This document shows positions 33,201 to 45,200 of a stretch of DNA of 64,000 nt, piece by piece; the stretch's first letter is position 1; every line of letters begins with the position of its first letter. The translations under genes and the position numbers were made by a program. The stretch is from NCBI GenBank assembly GCA_000004985.1, contig GG738849.1. One strand, written 5' to 3'. Source of the DNA: Naegleria gruberi. Its lineage: Eukaryota. The notes under the pieces were generated by a model. The model was given only the letters and a program-made list of their open reading frames with translations. It was not told the DNA's origin and ran no database searches.

Positions 33201-36200
33201 NNNNNNNNNNNNNNNNNNNNNNNNNNNNNNNNNNNNNNNNNNNNNNNNNNNNNNNNNNNNNNNNNNNNNNNNNNNNNNNNNNNNNNNNNNNNNNNNNNNN
33301 NNNNNNNNNNNNNNNNNNNNNNNNNNNNNNNNNNNNNNNNNNNNNNNNNNNNNNNNNNNNNNNNNNNNNNNNNNNNNNNNNNNNNNNNNNNNNNNNNNNN
33401 NNNNNNNNNNNNNNNNNNNNNNNNNNNNNNNNNNNNNNNNNNNNNNNNNNNNNNNNNNNNNNNNNNNNNNNNNNNNNNNNNNNNNNNNNNNNNNNNNNNN
33501 NNNNNNNNNNNNNNNNNNNNNNNNNNNNNNNNNNNNNNNNNNNNNNNNNNNNNNNNNNNNNNNNNNNNNNNNNNNNNNNNNNNNNNNNNNNNNNNNNNNN
33601 NNNNNNNNNNNNNNNNNNNNNNNNNNNNNNNNNNNNNNNNNNNNNNNNNNNNNNNNNNNNNNNNNNNNNNNNNNNNNNNNNNNNNNNNNNNNNNNNNNNN
33701 NNNNNNNNNNNNNNNNNNNNNNNNNNNNNNNNNNNNNNNNNNNNNNNNNNNNNNNNNNNNNNNNNNNNNNNNNNNNNNNNNNNNNNNNNNNNNNNNNNNN
33801 NNNNNNNNNNNNNNNNNNNNNNNNNNNNNNNNNNNNNNNNNNNNNNNNNNNNNNNNNNNNNNNNNNNNNNNNNNNNNNNNNNNNNNNNNNNNNNNNNNNN
33901 NNNNNNNNNNNNNNNNNNNNNNNNNNNNNNNNNNNNNNNNNNNNNNNNNNNNNNNNNNNNNNNNNNNNNNNNNNNNNNNNNNNNNNNNNNNNNNNNNNNN
34001 NNNNNNNNNNNNNNNNNNNNNNNNNNNNNNNNNNNNNNNNNNNNNNNNNNNNNNNNNNNNNNNNNNNNNNNNNNNNNNNNNNNNNNNNNNNNNNNNNNNN
34101 NNNNNNNNNNNNNNNNNNNNNNNNNNNNNNNNNNNNNNNNNNNNNNNNNNNNNNNNNNNNNNNNNNNNNNNNNNNNNNNNNNNNNNNNNNNNNNNNNNNN
34201 NNNNNNNNNNNNNNNNNNNNNNNNNNNNNNNNNNNNNNNNNNNNNNNNNNNNNNNNNNNNNNNNNNNNNNNNNNNNNNNNNNNNNNNNNNNNNNNNNNNN
34301 NNNNNNNNNNNNNNNNNNNNNNNNNNNNNNNNNNNNNNNNNNNNNNNNNNNNNNNNNNNNNNNNNNNNNNNNNNNNNNNNNNNNNNNNNNNNNNNNNNNN
34401 NNNNNNNNNNNNNNNNNNNNNNNNNNNNNNNNNNNNNNNNNNNNNNNNNNNNNNNNNNNNNNNNNNNNNNNNNNNNNNNNNNNNNNNNNNNNNNNNNNNN
34501 NNNNNNNNNNNNNNNNNNNNNNNNNNNNNNNNNNNNNNNNNNNNNNNNNNNNNNNNNNNNNNNNNNNNNNNNNNNNNNNNNNNNNNNNNNNNNNNNNNNN
34601 NNNNNNNNNNNNNNNNNNNNNNNNNNNNNNNNNNNNNNNNNNNNNNNNNNNNNNNNNNNNNNNNNNNNNNNNNNNNNNNNNNNNNNNNNNNNNNNNNNNN
34701 NNNNNNNNNNNNNNNNNNNNNNNNNNNNNNNNNNNNNNNNNNNNNNNNNNNNNNNNNNNNNNNNNNNNNNNNNNNNNNNNNNNNNNNNNNNNNNNNNNNN
34801 NNNNNNNNNNNNNNNNNNNNNNNNNNNNNNNNNNNNNNNNNNNNNNNNNNNNNNNNNNNNNNNNNNNNNNNNNNNNNNNNNNNNNNNNNNNNNNNNNNNN
34901 NNNNNNNNNNNNNNNNNNNNNNNNNNNNNNNNNNNNNNNNNNNNNNNNNNNNNNNNNNNNNNNNNNNNNNNNNNNNNNNNNNNNNNNNNNNNNNNNNNNN
35001 NNNNNNNNNNNNNNNNNNNNNNNNNNNNNNNNNNNNNNNNNNNNNNNNNNNNNNNNNNNNNNNNNNNNNNNNNNNNNNNNNNNNNNNNNNNNNNNNNNNN
35101 NNNNNNNNNNNNNNNNNNNNNNNNNNNNNNNNNNNNNNNNNNNNNNNNNNNNNNNNNNNNNNNNNNNNNNNNNNNNNNNNNNNNNNNNNNNNNNNNNNNN
35201 NNNNNNNNNNNNNNNNNNNNNNNNNNNNNNNNNNNNNNNNNNNNNNNNNNNNNNNNNNNNNNNNNNNNNNNNNNNNNNNNNNNNNNNNNNNNNNNNNNNN
35301 NNNNNNNNNNNNNNNNNNNNNNNNNNNNNNNNNNNNNNNNNNNNNNNNNNNNNNNNNNNNNNNNNNNNNNNNNNNNNNNNNNNNNNNNNNNNNNNNNNNN
35401 NNNNNNNNNNNNNNNNNNNNNNNNNNNNNNNNNNNNNNNNNNNNNNNNNNNNNNNNNNNNNNNNNNNNNNNNNNNNNNNNNNNNNNNNNNNNNNNNNNNN
35501 NNNNNNNNNNNNNNNNNNNNNNNNNNNNNNNNNNNNNNNNNNNNNNNNNNNNNNNNNNNNNNNNNNNNNNNNNNNNNNNNNNNNNNNNNNNNNNNNNNNN
35601 NNNNNNNNNNNNNNNNNNNNNNNNNNNNNNNNNNNNNNNNNNNNNNNNNNNNNNNNNNNNNNNNNNNNNNNNNNNNNNNNNNNNNNNNNNNNNNNNNNNN
35701 NNNNNNNNNNNNNNNNNNNNNNNNNNNNNNNNNNNNNNNNNNNNNNNNNNNNNNNNNNNNNNNNNNNNNNNNNNNNNNNNNNNNNNNNNNNNNNNNNNNN
35801 NNNNNNNNNNNNNNNNNNNNNNNNNNNNNNNNNNNNNNNNNNNNNNNNNNNNNNNNNNNNNNNNNNNNNNNNNNNNNNNNNNNNNNNNNNNNNNNNNNNN
35901 NNNNNNNNNNNNNNNNNNNNNNNNNNNNNNNNNNNNNNNNNNNNNNNNNNNNNNNNNNNNNNNNNNNNNNNNNNNNNNNNNNNNNNNNNNNNNNNNNNNN
36001 NNNNNNNNNNNNNNNNNNNNNNNNNNNNNNNNNNNNNNNNNNNNNNNNNNNNNNNNNNNNNNNNNNNNNNNNNNNNNNNNNNNNNNNNNNNNNNNNNNNN
36101 NNNNNNNNNNNNNNNNNNNNNNNNNNNNNNNNNNNNNNNNNNNNNNNNNNNNNNNNNNNNNNNNNNNNNNNNNNNNNNNNNNNNNNNNNNNNNNNNNNNN

Positions 36201-39200
36201 NNNNNNNNNNNNNNNNNNNNNNNNNNNNNNNNNNNNNNNNNNNNNNNNNNNNNNNNNNNNNNNNNNNNNNNNNNNNNNNNNNNNNNNNNNNNNNNNNNNN
36301 NNNNNNNNNNNNNNNNNNNNNNNNNNNNNNNNNNNNNNNNNNNNNNNNNNNNNNNNNNNNNNNNNNNNNNNNNNNNNNNNNNNNNNNNNNNNNNNNNNNN
36401 NNNNNNNNNNNNNNNNNNNNNNNNNNNNNNNNNNNNNNNNNNNNNNNNNNNNNNNNNNNNNNNNNNNNNNNNNNNNNNNNNNNNNNNNNNNNNNNNNNNN
36501 NNNNNNNNNNNNNNNNNNNNNNNNNNNNNNNNNNNNNNNNNNNNNNNNNNNNNNNNNNNNNNNNNNNNNNNNNNNNNNNNNNNNNNNNNNNNNNNNNNNN
36601 NNNNNNNNNNNNNNNNNNNNNNNNNNNNNNNNNNNNNNNNNNNNNNNNNNNNNNNNNNNNNNNNNNNNNNNNNNNNNNNNNNNNNNNNNNNNNNNNNNNN
36701 NNNNNNNNNNNNNNNNNNNNNNNNNNNNNNNNNNNNNNNNNNNNNNNNNNNNNNNNNNNNNNNNNNNNNNNNNNNNNNNNNNNNNNNNNNNNNNNNNNNN
36801 NNNNNNNNNNNNNNNNNNNNNNNNNNNNNNNNNNNNNNNNNNNNNNNNNNNNNNNNNNNNNNNNNNNNNNNNNNNNNNNNNNNNNNNNNNNNNNNNNNNN
36901 NNNNNNNNNNNNNNNNNNNNNNNNNNNNNNNNNNNNNNNNNNNNNNNNNNNNNNNNNNNNNNNNNNNNNNNNNNNNNNNNNNNNNNNNNNNNNNNNNNNN
37001 NNNNNNNNNNNNNNNNNNNNNNNNNNNNNNNNNNNNNNNNNNNNNNNNNNNNNNNNNNNNNNNNNNNNNNNNNNNNNNNNNNNNNNNNNNNNNNNNNNNN
37101 NNNNNNNNNNNNNNNNNNNNNNNNNNNNNNNNNNNNNNNNNNNNNNNNNNNNNNNNNNNNNNNNNNNNNNNNNNNNNNNNNNNNNNNNNNNNNNNNNNNN
37201 NNNNNNNNNNNNNNNNNNNNNNNNNNNNNNNNNNNNNNNNNNNNNNNNNNNNNNNNNNNNNNNNNNNNNNNNNNNNNNNNNNNNNNNNNNNNNNNNNNNN
37301 NNNNNNNNNNNNNNNNNNNNNNNNNNNNNNNNNNNNNNNNNNNNNNNNNNNNNNNNNNNNNNNNNNNNNNNNNNNNNNNNNNNNNNNNNNNNNNNNNNNN
37401 NNNNNNNNNNNNNNNNNNNNNNNNNNNNNNNNNNNNNNNNNNNNNNNNNNNNNNNNNNNNNNNNNNNNNNNNNNNNNNNNNNNNNNNNNNNNNNNNNNNN
37501 NNNNNNNNNNNNNNNNNNNNNNNNNNNNNNNNNNNNNNNNNNNNNNNNNNNNNNNNNNNNNNNNNNNNNNNNNNNNNNNNNNNNNNNNNNNNNNNNNNNN
37601 NNNNNNNNNNNNNNNNNNNNNNNNNNNNNNNNNNNNNNNNNNNNNNNNNNNNNNNNNNNNNNNNNNNNNNNNNNNNNNNNNNNNNNNNNNNNNNNNNNNN
37701 NNNNNNNNNNNNNNNNNNNNNNNNNNNNNNNNNNNNNNNNNNNNNNNNNNNNNNNNNNNNNNNNNNNNNNNNNNNNNNNNNNNNNNNNNNNNNNNNNNNN
37801 NNNNNNNNNNNNNNNNNNNNNNNNNNNNNNNNNNNNNNNNNNNNNNNNNNNNNNNNNNNNNNNNNNNNNNNNNNNNNNNNNNNNNNNNNNNNNNNNNNNN
37901 NNNNNNNNNNNNNNNNNNNNNNNNNNNNNNNNNNNNNNNNNNNNNNNNNNNNNNNNNNNNNNNNNNNNNNNNNNNNNNNNNNNNNNNNNNNNNNNNNNNN
38001 NNNNNNNNNNNNNNNNNNNNNNNNNNNNNNNNNNNNNNNNNNNNNNNNNNNNNNNNNNNNNNNNNNNNNNNNNNNNNNNNNNNNNNNNNNNNNNNNNNNN
38101 NNNNNNNNNNNNNNNNNNNNNNNNNNNNNNNNNNNNNNNNNNNNNNNNNNNNNNNNNNNNNNNNNNNNNNNNNNNNNNNNNNNNNNNNNNNNNNNNNNNN
38201 NNNNNNNNNNNNNNNNNNNNNNNNNNNNNNNNNNNNNNNNNNNNNNNNNNNNNNNNNNNNNNNNNNNNNNNNNNNNNNNNNNNNNNNNNNNNNNNNNNNN
38301 NNNNNNNNNNNNNNNNNNNNNNNNNNNNNNNNNNNNNNNNNNNNNNNNNNNNNNNNNNNNNNNNNNNNNNNNNNNNNNNNNNNNNNNNNNNNNNNNNNNN
38401 NNNNNNNNNNNNNNNNNNNNNNNNNNNNNNNNNNNNNNNNNNNNNNNNNNNNNNNNNNNNNNNNNNNNNNNNNNNNNNNNNNNNNNNNNNNNNNNNNNNN
38501 NNNNNNNNNNNNNNNNNNNNNNNNNNNNNNNNNNNNNNNNNNNNNNNNNNNNNNNNNNNNNNNNNNNNNNNNNNNNNNNNNNNNNNNNNNNNNNNNNNNN
38601 NNNNNNNNNNNNNNNNNNNNNNNNNNNNNNNNNNNNNNNNNNNNNNNNNNNNNNNNNNNNNNNNNNNNNNNNNNNNNNNNNNNNNNNNNNNNNNNNNNNN
38701 NNNNNNNNNNNNNNNNNNNNNNNNNNNNNNNNNNNNNNNNNNNNNNNNNNNNNNNNNNNNNNNNNNNNNNNNNNNNNNNNNNNNNNNNNNNNNNNNNNNN
38801 NNNNNNNNNNNNNNNNNNNNNNNNNNNNNNNNNNNNNNNNNNNNNNNNNNNNNNNNNNNNNNNNNNNNNNNNNNNNNNNNNNNNNNNNNNNNNNNNNNNN
38901 NNNNNNNNNNNNNNNNNNNNNNNNNNNNNNNNNNNNNNNNNNNNNNNNNNNNNNNNNNNNNNNNNNNNNNNNNNNNNNNNNNNNNNNNNNNNNNNNNNNN
39001 NNNNNNNNNNNNNNNNNNNNNNNNNNNNNNNNNNNNNNNNNNNNNNNNNNNNNNNNNNNNNNNNNNNNNNNNNNNNNNNNNNNNNNNNNNNNNNNNNNNN
39101 NNNNNNNNNNNNNNNNNNNNNNNNNNNNNNNNNNNNNNNNNNNNNNNNNNNNNNNNNNNNNNNNNNNNNNNNNNNNNNNNNNNNNNNNNNNNNNNNNNNN

Positions 39201-42200
39201 NNNNNNNNNNNNNNNNNNNNNNNNNNNNNNNNNNNNNNNNNNNNNNNNNNNNNNNNNNNNNNNNNNNNNNNNNNNNNNNNNNNNNNNNNNNNNNNNNNNN
39301 NNNNNNNNNNNNNNNNNNNNNNNNNNNNNNNNNNNNNNNNNNNNNNNNNNNNNNNNNNNNNNNNNNNNNNNNNNNNNNNNNNNNNNNNNNNNNNNNNNNN
39401 NNNNNNNNNNNNNNNNNNNNNNNNNNNNNNNNNNNNNNNNNNNNNNNNNNNNNNNNNNNNNNNNNNNNNNNNNNNNNNNNNNNNNNNNNNNNNNNNNNNN
39501 NNNNNNNNNNNNNNNNNNNNNNNNNNNNNNNNNNNNNNNNNNNNNNNNNNNNNNNNNNNNNNNNNNNNNNNNNNNNNNNNNNNNNNNNNNNNNNNNNNNN
39601 NNNNNNNNNNNNNNNNNNNNNNNNNNNNNNNNNNNNNNNNNNNNNNNNNNNNNNNNNNNNNNNNNNNNNNNNNNNNNNNNNNNNNNNNNNNNNNNNNNNN
39701 NNNNNNNNNNNNNNNNNNNNNNNNNNNNNNNNNNNNNNNNNNNNNNNNNNNNNNNNNNNNNNNNNNNNNNNNNNNNNNNNNNNNNNNNNNNNNNNNNNNN
39801 NNNNNNNNNNNNNNNNNNNNNNNNNNNNNNNNNNNNNNNNNNNNNNNNNNNNNNNNNNNNNNNNNNNNNNNNNNNNNNNNNNNNNNNNNNNNNNNNNNNN
39901 NNNNNNNNNNNNNNNNNNNNNNNNNNNNNNNNNNNNNNNNNNNNNNNNNNNNNNNNNNNNNNNNNNNNNNNNNNNNNNNNNNNNNNNNNNNNNNNNNNNN
40001 NNNNNNNNNNNNNNNNNNNNNNNNNNNNNNNNNNNNNNNNNNNNNNNNNNNNNNNNNNNNNNNNNNNNNNNNNNNNNNNNNNNNNNNNNNNNNNNNNNNN
40101 NNNNNNNNNNNNNNNNNNNNNNNNNNNNNNNNNNNNNNNNNNNNNNNNNNNNNNNNNNNNNNNNNNNNNNNNNNNNNNNNNNNNNNNNNNNNNNNNNNNN
40201 NNNNNNNNNNNNNNNNNNNNNNNNNNNNNNNNNNNNNNNNNNNNNNNNNNNNNNNNNNNNNNNNNNNNNNNNNNNNNNNNNNNNNNNNNNNNNNNNNNNN
40301 NNNNNNNNNNNNNNNNNNNNNNNNNNNNNNNNNNNNNNNNNNNNNNNNNNNNNNNNNNNNNNNNNNNNNNNNNNNNNNNNNNNNNNNNNNNNNNNNNNNN
40401 NNNNNNNNNNNNNNNNNNNNNNNNNNNNNNNNNNNNNNNNNNNNNNNNNNNNNNNNNNNNNNNNNNNNNNNNNNNNNNNNNNNNNNNNNNNNNNNNNNNN
40501 NNNNNNNNNNNNNNNNNNNNNNNNNNNNNNNNNNNNNNNNNNNNNNNNNNNNNNNNNNNNNNNNNNNNNNNNNNNNNNNNNNNNNNNNNNNNNNNNNNNN
40601 NNNNNNNNNNNNNNNNNNNNNNNNNNNNNNNNNNNNNNNNNNNNNNNNNNNNNNNNNNNNNNNNNNNNNNNNNNNNNNNNNNNNNNNNNNNNNNNNNNNN
40701 NNNNNNNNNNNNNNNNNNNNNNNNNNNNNNNNNNNNNNNNNNNNNNNNNNNNNNNNNNNNNNNNNNNNNNNNNNNNNNNNNNNNNNNNNNNNNNNNNNNN
40801 NNNNNNNNNNNNNNNNNNNNNNNNNNNNNNNNNNNNNNNNNNNNNNNNNNNNNNNNNNNNNNNNNNNNNNNNNNNNNNNNNNNNNNNNNNNNNNNNNNNN
40901 NNNNNNNNNNNNNNNNNNNNNNNNNNNNNNNNNNNNNNNNNNNNNNNNNNNNNNNNNNNNNNNNNNNNNNNNNNNNNNNNNNNNNNNNNNNNNNNNNNNN
41001 NNNNNNNNNNNNNNNNNNNNNNNNNNNNNNNNNNNNNNNNNNNNNNNNNNNNNNNNNNNNNNNNNNNNNNNNNNNNNNNNNNNNNNNNNNNNNNNNNNNN
41101 NNNNNNNNNNNNNNNNNNNNNNNNNNNNNNNNNNNNNNNNNNNNNNNNNNNNNNNNNNNNNNNNNNNNNNNNNNNNNNNNNNNNNNNNNNNNNNNNNNNN
41201 NNNNNNNNNNNNNNNNNNNNNNNNNNNNNNNNNNNNNNNNNNNNNNNNNNNNNNNNNNNNNNNNNNNNNNNNNNNNNNNNNNNNNNNNNNNNNNNNNNNN
41301 NNNNNNNNNNNNNNNNNNNNNNNNNNNNNNNNNNNNNNNNNNNNNNNNNNNNNNNNNNNNNNNNNNNNNNNNNNNNNNNNNNNNNNNNNNNNNNNNNNNN
41401 NNNNNNNNNNNNNNNNNNNNNNNNNNNNNNNNNNNNNNNNNNNNNNNNNNNNNNNNNNNNNNNNNNNNNNNNNNNNNNNNNNNNNNNNNNNNNNNNNNNN
41501 NNNNNNNNNNNNNNNNNNNNNNNNNNNNNNNNNNNNNNNNNNNNNNNNNNNNNNNNNNNNNNNNNNNNNNNNNNNNNNNNNNNNNNNNNNNNNNNNNNNN
41601 NNNNNNNNNNNNNNNNNNNNNNNNNNNNNNNNNNNNNNNNNNNNNNNNNNNNNNNNNNNNNNNNNNNNNNNNNNNNNNNNNNNNNNNNNNNNNNNNNNNN
41701 NNNNNNNNNNNNNNNNNNNNNNNNNNNNNNNNNNNNNNNNNNNNNNNNNNNNNNNNNNNNNNNNNNNNNNNNNNNNNNNNNNNNNNNNNNNNNNNNNNNN
41801 NNNNNNNNNNNNNNNNNNNNNNNNNNNNNNNNNNNNNNNNNNNNNNNNNNNNNNNNNNNNNNNNNNNNNNNNNNNNNNNNNNNNNNNNNNNNNNNNNNNN
41901 NNNNNNNNNNNNNNNNNNNNNNNNNNNNNNNNNNNNNNNNNNNNNNNNNNNNNNNNNNNNNNNNNNNNNNNNNNNNNNNNNNNNNNNNNNNNNNNNNNNN
42001 NNNNNNNNNNNNNNNNNNNNNNNNNNNNNNNNNNNNNNNNNNNNNNNNNNNNNNNNNNNNNNNNNNNNNNNNNNNNNNNNNNNNNNNNNNNNNNNNNNNN
42101 NNNNNNNNNNNNNNNNNNNNNNNNNNNNNNNNNNNNNNNNNNNNNNNNNNNNNNNNNNNNNNNNNNNNNNNNNNNNNNNNNNNNNNNNNNNNNNNNNNNN

Positions 42201-45200
42201 NNNNNNNNNNNNNNNNNNNNNNNNNNNNNNNNNNNNNNNNNNNNNNNNNNNNNNNNNNNNNNNNNNNNNNNNNNNNNNNNNNNNNNNNNNNNNNNNNNNN
42301 NNNNNNNNNNNNNNNNNNNNNNNNNNNNNNNNNNNNNNNNNNNNNNNNNNNNNNNNNNNNNNNNNNNNNNNNNNNNNNNNNNNNNNNNNNNNNNNNNNNN
42401 NNNNNNNNNNNNNNNNNNNNNNNNNNNNNNNNNNNNNNNNNNNNNNNNNNNNNNNNNNNNNNNNNNNNNNNNNNNNNNNNNNNNNNNNNNNNNNNNNNNN
42501 NNNNNNNNNNNNNNNNNNNNNNNNNNNNNNNNNNNNNNNNNNNNNNNNNNNNNNNNNNNNNNNNNNNNNNNNNNNNNNNNNNNNNNNNNNNNNNNNNNNN
42601 NNNNNNNNNNNNNNNNNNNNNNNNNNNNNNNNNNNNNNNNNNNNNNNNNNNNNNNNNNNNNNNNNNNNNNNNNNNNNNNNNNNNNNNNNNNNNNNNNNNN
42701 NNNNNNNNNNNNNNNNNNNNNNNNNNNNNNNNNNNNNNNNNNNNNNNNNNNNNNNNNNNNNNNNNNNNNNNNNNNNNNNNNNNNNNNNNNNNNNNNNNNN
42801 NNNNNNNNNNNNNNNNNNNNNNNNNNNNNNNNNNNNNNNNNNNNNNNNNNNNNNNNNNNNNNNNNNNNNNNNNNNNNNNNNNNNNNNNNNNNNNNNNNNN
42901 NNNNNNNNNNNNNNNNNNNNNNNNNNNNNNNNNNNNNNNNNNNNNNNNNNNNNNNNNNNNNNNNNNNNNNNNNNNNNNNNNNNNNNNNNNNNNNNNNNNN
43001 NNNNNNNNNNNNNNNNNNNNNNNNNNNNNNNNNNNNNNNNNNNNNNNNNNNNNNNNNNNNNNNNNNNNNNNNNNNNNNNNNNNNNNNNNNNNNNNNNNNN
43101 NNNNNNNNNNNNNNNNNNNNNNNNNNNNNNNNNNNNNNNNNNNNNNNNNNNNNNNNNNNNNNNNNNNNNNNNNNNNNNNNNNNNNNNNNNNNNNNNNNNN
43201 NNNNNNNNNNNNNNNNNNNNNNNNNNNNNNNNNNNNNNNNNNNNNNNNNNNNNNNNNNNNNNNNNNNNNNNNNNNNNNNNNNNNNNNNNNNNNNNNNNNN
43301 NNNNNNNNNNNNNNNNNNNNNNNNNNNNNNNNNNNNNNNNNNNNNNNNNNNNNNNNNNNNNNNNNNNNNNNNNNNNNNNNNNNNNNNNNNNNNNNNNNNN
43401 NNNNNNNNNNNNNNNNNNNNNNNNNNNNNNNNNNNNNNNNNNNNNNNNNNNNNNNNNNNNNNNNNNNNNNNNNNNNNNNNNNNNNNNNNNNNNNNNNNNN
43501 NNNNNNNNNNNNNNNNNNNNNNNNNNNNNNNNNNNNNNNNNNNNNNNNNNNNNNNNNNNNNNNNNNNNNNNNNNNNNNNNNNNNNNNNNNNNNNNNNNNN
43601 NNNNNNNNNNNNNNNNNNNNNNNNNNNNNNNNNNNNNNNNNNNNNNNNNNNNNNNNNNNNNNNNNNNNNNNNNNNNNNNNNNNNNNNNNNNNNNNNNNNN
43701 NNNNNNNNNNNNNNNNNNNNNNNNNNNNNNNNNNNNNNNNNNNNNNNNNNNNNNNNNNNNNNNNNNNNNNNNNNNNNNNNNNNNNNNNNNNNNNNNNNNN
43801 NNNNNNNNNNNNNNNNNNNNNNNNNNNNNNNNNNNNNNNNNNNNNNNNNNNNNNNNNNNNNNNNNNNNNNNNNNNNNNNNNNNNNNNNNNNNNNNNNNNN
43901 NNNNNNNNNNNNNNNNNNNNNNNNNNNNNNNNNNNNNNNNNNNNNNNNNNNNNNNNNNNNNNNNNNNNNNNNNNNNNNNNNNNNNNNNNNNNNNNNNNNN
44001 NNNNNNNNNNNNNNNNNNNNNNNNNNNNNNNNNNNNNNNNNNNNNNNNNNNNNNNNNNNNNNNNNNNNNNNNNNNNNNNNNNNNNNNNNNNNNNNNNNNN
44101 NNNNNNNNNNNNNNNNNNNNNNNNNNNNNNNNNNNNNNNNNNNNNNNNNNNNNNNNNNNNNNNNNNNNNNNNNNNNNNNNNNNNNNNNNNNNNNNNNNNN
44201 NNNNNNNNNNNNNNNNNNNNNNNNNNNNNNNNNNNNNNNNNNNNNNNNNNNNNNNNNNNNNNNNNNNNNNNNNNNNNNNNNNNNNNNNNNNNNNNNNNNN
44301 NNNNNNNNNNNNNNNNNNNNNNNNNNNNNNNNNNNNNNNNNNNNNNNNNNNNNNNNNNNNNNNNNNNNNNNNNNNNNNNNNNNNNNNNNNNNNNNNNNNN
44401 NNNNNNNNNNNNNNNNNNNNNNNNNNNNNNNNNNNNNNNNNNNNNNNNNNNNNNNNNNNNNNNNNNNNNNNNNNNNNNNNNNNNNNNNNNNNNNNNNNNN
44501 NNNNNNNNNNNNNNNNNNNNNNNNNNNNNNNNNNNNNNNNNNNNNNNNNNNNNNNNNNNNNNNNNNNNNNNNNNNNNNNNNNNNNNNNNNNNNNNNNNNN
44601 NNNNNNNNNNNNNNNNNNNNNNNNNNNNNNNNNNNNNNNNNNNNNNNNNNNNNNNNNNNNNNNNNNNNNNNNNNNNNNNNNNNNNNNNNNNNNNNNNNNN
44701 NNNNNNNNNNNNNNNNNNNNNNNNNNNNNNNNNNNNNNNNNNNNNNNNNNNNNNNNNNNNNNNNNNNNNNNNNNNNNNNNNNNNNNNNNNNNNNNNNNNN
44801 NNNNNNNNNNNNNNNNNNNNNNNNNNNNNNNNNNNNNNNNNNNNNNNNNNNNNNNNNNNNNNNNNNNNNNNNNNNNNNNNNNNNNNNNNNNNNNNNNNNN
44901 NNNNNNNNNNNNNNNNNNNNNNNNNNNNNNNNNNNNNNNNNNNNNNNNNNNNNNNNNNNNNNNNNNNNNNNNNNNNNNNNNNNNNNNNNNNNNNNNNNNN
45001 NNNNNNNNNNNNNNNNNNNNNNNNNNNNNNNNNNNNNNNNNNNNNNNNNNNNNNNNNNNNNNNNNNNNNNNNNNNNNNNNNNNNNNNNNNNNNNNNNNNN
45101 NNNNNNNNNNNNNNNNNNNNNNNNNNNNNNNNNNNNNNNNNNNNNNNNNNNNNNNNNNNNNNNNNNNNNNNNNNNNNNNNNNNNNNNNNNNNNNNNNNNN